Shown here: positions 44,741 through 53,055 of the stretch, in pieces
Position numbering within the stretch: the first letter of the stretch is position 1
Layout: each line of letters begins with the position of its first letter
From: Diplonema japonicum
Taxonomy: Eukaryota > Protista > Euglenozoa: Diplonemea
Direction of reading: 5' to 3'
Assembly (NCBI GenBank): GCA_964019335.1
Contig: OZ025721.1
Span: forward strand, 418,528-482,527
Length of the DNA stretch: 64,000 nucleotides
The notes under the pieces: model-generated
Told to the model about the DNA's origin: nothing
What the model saw: only the letters and a program-made list of their open reading frames with translations
Database searches by the model: none
Program-made: the position numbers and the translations under genes

Positions 44741-46204
44741 ATGAAACGTGTGGTGATAAGCGGAGCGGGTGTGGCGGGGGCTTCAGTGGGAATGCATCTT
44801 GCGAAAACAATGGGCGGGAAATGTGAAGTGATCCTGGTGGACCCAAGACCGCCGATGACAGGCACCAGCCAGTACAGCTCCGAGTGCTACCGAAACTTCT
44901 TCATGGACCCCGCAGCTGTTCCCCTAATGGAGCGGTCCATCGAAATCATCGAAGACATCGACTCCCGACACAACATATCCATGAACAGGAAGGGCTATGT
45001 CTTCCTATCAGGGACAAGGGAAGGCACCGAGGCTCTCCTCAACATCGCAGGCCATTCTTCCAAATACGGAGCAGGCGAAGTAAGATGGCACGAAAAGTCA
45101 AACACATACATAAAAAGCCCTGTAAAAGGCCTCACAGACACACAAGGAAACACCTTCGAAGGATTCGACGTCGTACAAGGAAACGAGGAGATACAAAGAA
45201 TATTCCCAAATGTATCGAACGAAGCGAAGTGTATGCTGCATTGTCGAAAAGCGGGATGGCTTGACGCACAAGGGCTCGGATCGGCTTACTTAAGAGAAGC
45301 TCGGCAACACGGGATGCAAACAATACTAGGGGGTATTAAAGAAATCGACACCTCAGGAGGTTCGGTCAGAAGGGTTCTAGTACACAACAAGCAACGAAAC
45401 ACCTCCGAGTGGGTTCAGTGCGACGCATTCGTGAACGCTTCCGGCGCATGGACACAACACATCAACTCTCAACTAGGCGCACCGACGCTCGATCTCAAGA
45501 CAGAGATCATCGCTAAGGTCATTTTAAACGATGTCCACAACATCGTCCCGCAGCAGGAAACACCTTTCATGGTATGGCGCGACCCGGTGACCATCGATTG
45601 GGGTGCTGAAATGTCAGAAGCACTTGCTGAACTAGACGACACGCCCGAAGGCGGCTGGAACAATTGCAAAACATGGATAGACGAACAACCTGGCGGGCAG
45701 CATCTCCGGCCCCTCGGCAACAACAGGGTTCTTCTCATGTGGGAGCATGTTCACCGCCATATTGATATTGATGAAAACCCTGAATTTCCCATTTCTGATG
45801 TTAACGAGTTCTACCCCCAGCTTGCCTTGAAAGGATGTCAAAAAATAATGCCTGGATTGAGTATTTACGACGATGCCTTAGGGAAGGATACCACAGTTGA
45901 TGCGGGGTATTATTCATCTACGTCTGATGGGCGGCCTATCGTTGGGCAGCACGGGCCTTCAAACGCATTTGTTCTCGGTGGGCTCTCGGGTTGGGGGATT
46001 ATGTCTTCTGCTGCGTGTGGGGAGCTGCTTGCTCAGACGATAGCTGGGTCGGTGCCGCTTCCTGCGTACCACACTGCGTTCACTGTTCCTCGTGTTGATC
46101 CGCTTCGGGGGCCCGTTGTGAGCCTGCTTGACCCGCCGGTTGAGGTTGAGAATATTGTTGGTGTTTGCAGAGAACCTGAGAGAATTAAAATGACTGCTAT
46201 TTGA
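44741..46204 (+). CDS. FAD-dependent oxidoreductase (DAO / sarcosine-oxidase-beta-like family)
   Basis: VVISGAGVAG, VNASGAW, GYYSSTSDGRPIVG, SGWGIMSSAACGELLA. Confidence 0.9.
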   Translation: MKRVVISGAGVAGASVGMHLAKTMGGKCEVILVDPRPPMTGTSQYSSECYRNFFMDPAAVPLMERSIEIIEDIDSRHNISMNRKGYVFLSGTREGTEALLNIAGHSSKYGAGEVRWHEKSNTYIKSPVKGLTDTQGNTFEGFDVVQGNEEIQRIFPNVSNEAKCMLHCRKAGWLDAQGLGSAYLREARQHGMQTILGGIKEIDTSGGSVRRVLVHNKQRNTSEWVQCDAFVNASGAWTQHINSQLGAPTLDLKTEIIAKVILNDVHNIVPQQETPFMVWRDPVTIDWGAEMSEALAELDDTPEGGWNNCKTWIDEQPGGQHLRPLGNNRVLLMWEHVHRHIDIDENPEFPISDVNEFYPQLALKGCQKIMPGLSIYDDALGKDTTVDAGYYSSTSDGRPIVGQHGPSNAFVLGGLSGWGIMSSAACGELLAQTIAGSVPLPAYHTAFTVPRVDPLRGPVVSLLDPPVEVENIVGVCREPERIKMTAI

Positions 46205-46407
46205 AGGGGACAAGAAAAAAAAAAAAAAAAAAAAAAAAAAAAGAAAGTTTTTTAAAAAAAAAATGATAACGTCGTGGCCTCGTTCCCCCTCCTCGTCCCG
46301 TCTTTTTTTTCTCTTTTTCCGGTATTTTTTCTAATTCTTTCTGGTTAAACAGTTGGGGTTTTTTTCTTTCTTTCTTTCTTTTCTTTTTTTTTTTTTTTTT
46401 TTTTTTT

Positions 46408-46976
46408 ATTTCACTCTTCGTCATTTTCTTCACTCACTAGGGGCCTCATTATTTAACGCGAAATGGCCATTATTTAACGCGAAACGGCCATTATTTAACG
46501 CGAAATCGCCATTATTTAACTAGTTAAATAATGAGATTTTGCAGTTAAATAATGGCCCTTCAGAGTGAAAAAATGGGTCTTGTCGTGGAAAAAAATGCAC
46601 CCAACCCCTTGAAAAATTTTTTTGGGGTGGGGGTATTTTGACTATTTTTGGCCATCTGAGGCCATTCCAGCCCTTAAAAGTGGGAATAAGTGCCTTACTT
46701 CCCCTTTAAATGCCACGGCGAAATAGCTACCCTGTATTACCTTAGGAAAATCCCCAAAAAGCTGACCTGCGTGAAAAAAAACAGCAGTGAAAGCAGTGAA
46801 GAGTGAGTGACTCAAATGACGAAGAGTGAAATAAAACGACTTACTTGCCGCCAAATGAGCCATTATTTAACACTCGTTACCCGTTTTTTTGCACTCGGGC
46901 CCTGCGGGCCCTCGTGCAAAAAATTCGGGAACTCGAGTTAAATAATGACTCATTATTTGTTGGCAATAAATAGTTA
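46408..46976 (+). mobile_element. Non-autonomous Crypton-like element (asymmetric IR plus terminal hairpin)
   Basis: IR 46408-46438 / 46802-46832 (28/31), hairpin 46845-46966, end AATAAATAGTTA, T-run flanks. Same layout as 5750-6760. Confidence 0.72.
46447..46554. repeat. 21-bp tandem repeats and inverted copies of CATTATTTAAC
   Basis: Three 21-bp units from 46447, a fourth core at 46510, and inverted copies at 46523 and 46544. Confidence 0.9.
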
Positions 46977-47980
46977 TTTTTTTCCCGAAAAGAGAACAAC
47001 AACAAAAAAAAAAAAGAAAAGTTTATTAGTTTTAATTTTTCCAGGAAAATTGTAGCATTTTAATTTTTTTTTTTTCTCGTCCCCCCCCAAACCAGTATTT
47101 TCCCCATTTTTGGGAGTACATTAGCACACGGAGCGTGCGTATCAAAGATGCTGAATGTGCCTGCCTTCTTAGGCAGGGAGATCTTAATATAGGTCTGCGT
47201 TGGACGCTCTCTCCTTCTCCCCCCCCATTCCTCCTAATTAGGTTCTTGATACACATGGTATCAGGGCCTCTTTTTTAAATAAAAGCCCCCCTCTCCGGAG
47301 GGCAACACCCAAGAAGCCTTAGGCTCCTACTCTTGCGTTCCTGTTAAACAAGGGCAATGGAAATATTTTACGGAAATACCTTCTGCTTCTGTGGTGTGGT
47401 TGTTCCTCTTTTGATCCTCCCCCCCCCTTCCCTTCTCTTCAGTAATATTATTTTATGAGGTGAGTTTGAGATTTGACACGGTGGAAAGAAAAGAATGAGA
47501 AAAAAAAAGAAGGAAAAAAGAAGGGGCAACATAAAAAATAAATCGATTCCATGTGATAGGAAAAGATGTGATTGTTTTCCCTCTTTTTCTAAATTGTCAT
47601 TTATCGCTTCTTTTTTAACTGAGATCTTAACCCGGTATTTTGAAACTTTGGCTGTGTTTTTCTTTCTTTCTTCATTTCAGCAGTTAACTACTTTTTGTTT
47701 TACCATTTTTTGTTTCAGGAGCGACTGCTGAACATGAGGAAAAAGAGAGTCCATGGTATTATCTTTTTATTTTCTTCTCAATCCATCGTGTGCATCTTCA
47801 GTTGGTGTTGCATGAAGAACTTTTATTGAACTTGAAACCACTAAATTTGAACGAGAAATCTTCATTCCCCCTCACCCACTCAATTATTATTATTCAACGG
47901 AACCTTTTGAAAAACCAAGCATCAAAAGCTTGGATGTCTAGAAGTGGGAAAGCAGTGGAATTTAAGAAGGAAAAAAAAAA

Positions 47981-48052
47981 CATCCGAGGCAGGACTCGAA
48001 CCTGCAACCGCCTGATTCGTAGTCAGGCGCTCTTCCATTGAGCCACACGGAC
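47981..48052 (-). tRNA. tRNA-Arg(ACG)
   Basis: Cloverleaf with CCTGA-CT-ACG-AA-TCAGG arm, GGTTCGAGTCC T-arm and a T10 terminator; U6.U67 mismatch in the acceptor stem. Confidence 0.93.
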
Positions 48053-48859
48053 TTACAATTTTCGTGGGCGTGATGCAGACGCGTGGATGTCGCGAAATTA
48101 CTTCGTTTAGTGAATCTAAATCTTGATCCGAAGTTCTATTAATCGACTCCCACAGGCAGGTTTTCAAACTTTTTCTTCCTCTTTTCATTGCACCTGGGCT
48201 AAGAGTTCTTGTTGTACATAAGAACAAATGGAAATACAAAAGAAATAAGAACAAATGGGGGAAACCGCATTTCTCTCGGGGTGCCGCCTTAAGTCATTCT
48301 TCTTCCTTCGTTACAAGACAATACCAGTACGTATTTCCCCTGAGTATGTGAATGCATGTTTATTTCTCCATTCCCTTTCCGACTTACCTTTTTTTCTCGT
48401 TATTTTTAATCCCTTGAAATTGAAGTAAAAAAGAATTTTTTTTTTTTTTGAGAAGCACCCCCCTCACCCCCTTTCTGTCTCTTTCATGTTACCCAGTCGT
48501 GACATGGCCTTAAAACCCCCCACCCACCCCTTCCCCCGTTCCTTCGTGGACCCTTCCCTTCCCTTTCATAGGAAGGTGTCGCCTGACGCCAGCCCTCGAG
48601 AAGATAGGGGAAAGAAGAAGGGGGGGAAAAGGAAGAAGGAAAAGGAACGAGAAAGCAAAAATATACATTTTTTTTTTTGTGAAAGGCACAGTTTGCTACT
48701 CGCCTTCTCTCCCTCTCTGGTTGTAGTGAAACAAAAAAAAAATCCTGGTACATTTCTTTTCTTTTCTTTTCCTTTTTCGTTTTTCCTTTTGTTTTCCTTT
48801 CCACCCTGACAATTTTCTTAAAGGAGAGTTGACAAAAAAAAAAAGAAAAAAAGAAACAA

Positions 48860-49226
48860 ATGCCCGCACAGCAGCTTACGCTACACCACATGTGGGGAGG
48901 CTGCCCGCATGTCACGTCAGTGTCAGGTACCATCGAGCCTGCACAGATGGCACCTGCGACGGTGACGCTGCACCAGGTATGGATTGCACCATCGGCAGCA
49001 CTGCCACCACCCAACCCAACCACAGGCAAAGCTGAAGCCCGCCACTGGGAACGGCTTCACCGCAATTTACAAAAACGCGTTGTTCGGGACCACGCAAGAA
49101 CAGGTATTCGGGAGGGGAACACAAACAAAAAAAACAAAACAAAAAAAAAAACAGGAATTCGGAACCGGCGGGACAAGCGGCTACAACAACGGAAGGGGAA
49201 ACTTCTCGGGCTCCGTGGCGAAATGA
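48860..49226 (+). CDS. Microprotein type B, copy 2 (88 aa)
   Basis: Exons and intron 1 match B1; intron 2 (49104-49154) is shorter. Confidence 0.78.
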
Positions 49227-49285
49227 TAGGGGAAGAAAAAGGGCAGTTTAACACATTACACCAGAAACCTCCTTACACTACTCTC

Positions 49286-49328
<43 letters not shown>

Positions 49329-49419
49329 CGATCCCCTTTTTGTGTTTCTGTTTCTTGTTTGTTTATGGACCTCTCCTCTAGACCTGTACACTAAAAAAAA
49401 GAAAAGAAAAAAAAAAAAA

Positions 49420-49724
49420 ATGGGTGACTTCAACCCCAACGCTGCACAGAAGGCCGACCCCAACTGCCCAACCTTCTTGAGTATGGTTTTTCTTTCTTTT
49501 TTTTTTCTTTTTTCCATCCCCCCAACACAGAGGTTAAACCGCACTTGTTGACCTCCGCAAAGCTGAACCCCGGTAGTTTTACTTTGCATGCTGCATCCAT
49601 TGCTTCCCCTGCCAAGTGGGGCAAAATCAGCATGAGCATGAGCAACGGGAAGTCACAGAGCGGCATGGGCAGCATTGGGAGCACTGCGGTGAGCAAACCG
49701 GACCTCCCCGACTCCGGCTGGTAA
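49420..49724 (+). CDS. Microprotein type C, copy 1 (84 aa); intron 49481-49530
   Basis: MGDFNPNAAQKADPNCPTFLKVKPHLLTSAKLNPGSFTLHAASIASPAKWGKISMSMSNGKSQSGMGSIGSTAVSKPDLPDSGW*. Confidence 0.85.
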
Positions 49725-49926
49725 AGAGAGTGCAAAAGCAAACACAACACACTGCTGTCTACACCTTCCTTCTTTTTTTTTTTTTTTTTTTACACACCGA
49801 TCCAGTAACTTCTAATATTTTTCTCCTTTCGCAAACCCGTTTCGCAAAAAAACTGAGAAGCTTCAAAAAAGTCTTTTTTTTTTGTTTTGTTACACTAAGA
49901 GAACGAAAAAAAAAAAAAAAAAAAAA

Positions 49927-50218
49927 ATGGGTGACTTCAACCCCAACGCCGCACAGAAGGCCGACCCCAACTGCCCAACCTTCTTGAGTATGATTTTTTT
50001 TTCCCCTTCCAATCCCCAACACAGAGGTTAAACCGCACTTGTTGACCTCTGCAAAGCTGAACCCCGGTAGTTTTACTTTGCATGCTGCATCCATTGCTTC
50101 CCCTGCCAAGTGGGGCAAAATCAGCATGAGCATGAGCAACGGGAAGTCACAGAGCGGCATGGGCAGCATTGGGAGCACTGCGGTGAGCAAACCGGACCTC
50201 CCCGACTCCGGCTGGTAA
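49927..50218 (+). CDS. Microprotein type C, copy 2 (84 aa); intron 49988-50024
   Basis: Same protein as C1; the two exon differences seen (GCT/GCC, TCC/TCT) are synonymous. Confidence 0.85.
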
Positions 50219-50379
50219 AAAAAAAAAAAGAAGAAAAAACAACGACAAACAAAAACAAAAAAAAAAAAAAATACACAAACCCCTTTTACACTTTCCTTGT
50301 TGTTTTTGGCATCGTAAAAAAAAAGTTTTTTTTTTCTCCCCAATCTTTTTTCAGTGTTACACTCAAACCCTTTACTAAG

Positions 50380-50669
50380 ATGTCCGACTTCGCATGGGGT
50401 GGTGCTGAGCAGGCGACTGGTAGCTCCATCATCAAGGCTCATCACGCTGGCAACGACACTACCAACTGCCCCACATTTTCTGGTATGGAAGAAGGGGGGG
50501 AAAGTACTTGCTCACAGGCATTAGGCCGCATGCGCTGACTGCTGCTTCTGTGATTCCCGCCTCTGCGACTCTTAAGCAAGCAAAGATCACCCAACCTGCT
50601 TACTTATCGTCCGTGAACGTGGGGATGAGCAATGGGACTAAGAAGACGTTTGGACCGTTCCACAACTGA
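50380..50669 (+). CDS. Microprotein type D (84 aa), divergent paralog of C; intron 50483-50517
   Basis: MSDFAWGGAEQATGSSIIKAHHAGNDTTNCPTFSGIRPHALTAASVIPASATLKQAKITQPAYLSSVNVGMSNGTKKTFGPFHN*. Phase-1 intron at the same position as in C. Confidence 0.85.
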
Positions 50670-50955
50670 AGAAGAAAAAAAAAGTACAAAACACACTATC
50701 GAACAAAACACAAAAAGGGAAAAAAAAAAAAAAAAAAAGACTTTTTTGAAGTTTAGAGTCCTGGTTACACTACACCATTTCTTTTTTTTTTTATTTTTTT
50801 TTTTATTCGTTTGAAAAAAAGATTTTTTTTTTTTTCTTTTTTTTTTTTTTTTGCAGCCAATGCCGAAAAAGAAGAAGAAGGAGAAACCCCCCCTCTCCCC
50901 TCCAAGGACTTTACACTAAAACACACAACAAACAAAAAAGAAGAGGGGGAAAAAA

Positions 50956-51129
50956 ATGAACAACAAGGCAGCCCCGAAAGCAGCAGCACCGACACCCTTC
51001 GGCGGGTACGGCATCCTTGGGACAAAGGACGTGAACTTCGGCCCCACAAAGCTCATCACATCCCCGTCGGTCACCTGTGGTGGAACCAGAGACGAAGGCA
51101 AGGGACCTGACTACACGGTGTGGCCGTTA

Positions 51130-51169
<40 letters not shown>

Positions 51170-51241
51170 CCTTTTTTTACTGATTTTTTTTTTTTTTTTT
51201 TTACATAACAGCTCAAGCAGTACACCTACACCTGCCATTAG
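50956..51241 (+). CDS. Microprotein type A, copy 3 (63 aa); intron 51118-51211
   Basis: Exons match A1. Confidence 0.82.
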
Positions 51242-51435
51242 AAAAAGGGGTATTTCTCTTTTTTTTTTTTTTTTTTTTCCGGCCTTGAAGCCTCACCAGT
51301 TTCATTTTTACGTACACGATTCCTATCTTTTCTGTTCCCCTTTTTATTTCTTCCTTGCAACAATTTTCCTTTTTGTATCTCAGTTAAGGGAAGTTCTTTC
51401 GTGGGGAGGGAGGGGGAGGAAAAAACAAAATAGAG

Positions 51436-52104
51436 ATGAGCGAAATAAAGGTAAAAGATCCGGAAGAGATGGTGGACTACCAAAGGATAGGCGACAACGA
51501 TGACAGCGAACAGTGCAAAGTAGTGGCGGCAAATGAGATCACGGAGATGGAATTGAGCGACAGTGAGGTGGGAACGCCAAAGGAAAACCCACTTACCTAC
51601 CTGGACAACAGGGTGTGGTCACCTGTTAATGGGGAAGCACTGGACAAAACGACTGCTGCAAAATTAACGCTGGCTTCAGAGATATCAGTTCTGAGGGCAG
51701 AATATGAAGAGCAGACCACGAAGCTTGCAGAGAGGCTGGCGGCAATAGAAGAAGGGGCACCGATGAACTCAACAGAAGCTGATCAAAGAGAGTACCACCT
51801 TGACTATCTCCGGAAGTGGATGGAGACCATCGTTAGTAACGTCTGTCTCTCGCACCCCACCGCCACAGATGTTTCTCTCCTCTTGCAAGACTTCCAAAAA
51901 AGGCTGCGCAGCACTGTGCCCCAGGGATACGAAAGTGAAACAGAGGACGAACCCGAAGTATGCAGCTGGAAAAAAAAAAAAAAAAAAGAGGCAAAACAGA
52001 TCGCTTCACCCGATGTGATGTCTCCGGTGGCTCCCATGCAGGGGCCCAGTTTCACCTCTCACCAATCCCAAAAGGATGGCTGCAGCTGCTGTGCCATTTC
52101 GTAG
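51436..52104 (+). CDS. Hypothetical protein with C-terminal CaaX (GCSCCAIS); probable intron 51958-51999
   Basis: ORF with a short coiled coil; Cys cluster plus CAIS* suggests prenylation/palmitoylation. Confidence 0.75.
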   Translation: MSEIKVKDPEEMVDYQRIGDNDDSEQCKVVAANEITEMELSDSEVGTPKENPLTYLDNRVWSPVNGEALDKTTAAKLTLASEISVLRAEYEEQTTKLAERLAAIEEGAPMNSTEADQREYHLDYLRKWMETIVSNVCLSHPTATDVSLLLQDFQKRLRSTVPQGYESETEDEPEVCSWKKKKKKEAKQIASPDVMSPVAPMQGPSFTSHQSQKDGCSCCAIS

Positions 52105-52248
52105 CCGTTTCCTCCCGTCGCTCTTCCTTTGTAAATAAAACACGCAAAAAAAAGAAATTCTATGTAGAACTTTTCAGGATTCAGTGTCAGTCTATCCACA
52201 ACTTGTATTCTTTTTACCAAAATCCAAACACAATGGTAAATAAAAAAT

Positions 52249-52330
52249 CGCTGACGGCAGGGTTTGAACCTACGCGGGCAGGGCCCAATGGATTTCAAGT
52301 CCACCTCCGTAACCACTTGGATACATCAGC
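52249..52330 (-). tRNA. tRNA-Ser(TGA), copy 1
   Basis: 82 nt; GTGGA-CT-TGA-AA-TCCAT arm; long variable arm; T-run terminator. Confidence 0.95.
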
Positions 52331-52425
52331 TGTGTGGACTGGGGAGGCGAAATAAATTATGTGGTAAATATTTTTACGTTCGTAACCCCTTGTCTCCATC
52401 TATATCTCAGCTACGAGATGCCGTA

Positions 52426-52507
52426 GCTGATGTATCCAAGTGGTTACGGAGGTGGACTTGAAATCCATTGGGCCCTGCCCGCGTAGGTTCAAACCCTGCC
52501 GTCAGCG
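52426..52507 (+). tRNA. tRNA-Ser(TGA), copy 2 (identical, divergent orientation)
   Basis: Exact reverse complement of copy 1. Confidence 0.95.
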
Positions 52508-52914
52508 ATTTTTTATTATCCCCAGAAGTTCCGGGTTTGTGACCGGGTGCGTCCCCTCCGCCCCCTTGCTCCGTCGGTGTCGGGTAGGGGCCTGGCGTGC
52601 TTACGCCCTGCGCCTGGTGCCCCTTCGTCCCTGCCTTGGTCCCAGCCTTGGCCCTGGAGGTCGCGGACCGTCGCCTGCAGACCGTCGATGGTAACCTGCA
52701 TCGACTGGATCAGCGCGAGGAGCGCCGGGACCTCAGGTTGACCGGCGTTTGGAGCCTTCTTGGTGCGGGGCGGGAGTGTCGGCGACGATGAAGAACACGA
52801 GCTGCTTCGTGCCCTGGACTTGTGGTGCCCTGGCCTCTTCTTCTTGTTGATCCCTCCTGGCATTACTTAATTTCCCTAGAATATATTTCTAGATCGCACC
52901 TGTCAGAAATTGTC

Positions 52915-52986
52915 TCCTCGGTAGTATAGAGGTCAGTATATCCGCCTGTCACGCGGATGACCCGGGTTCAATTCCCGGCCGGGGAA
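52915..52986 (+). tRNA. tRNA-Asp(GTC), with A at the discriminator position
   Basis: TCCTCGG/CCGGGGA acceptor stem, TCCGC-CT-GTC-AC-GCGGA arm, GGTTCAATTCC T-arm, T6 terminator. Confidence 0.92.
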
Positions 52987-53055
52987 TTTTTTCCCCATTT
53001 TTGTCATGCTTCTAACAGGAACAAATGCAATAGAACGAAAGAAGGAAACACAGAA

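Noticed and set aside
46447-46533. CRISPR-like short repeats
   Set aside because: Tandem 21-bp units with near-identical rather than unique spacers, no cas genes, and located inside a transposon-like element in eukaryotic DNA.
48053-48350. snRNA/7SL gene expected ~96 bp upstream of tRNA-Arg
   Set aside because: No U2, U4, U6, U3 or SRP motif recognised, and T-runs would terminate Pol III almost immediately.
52957-53055. N-terminal extension of the 648-aa ORF overlapping tRNA-Asp
   Set aside because: That ATG lies inside the tRNA gene; ATG 53056 is the plausible start.
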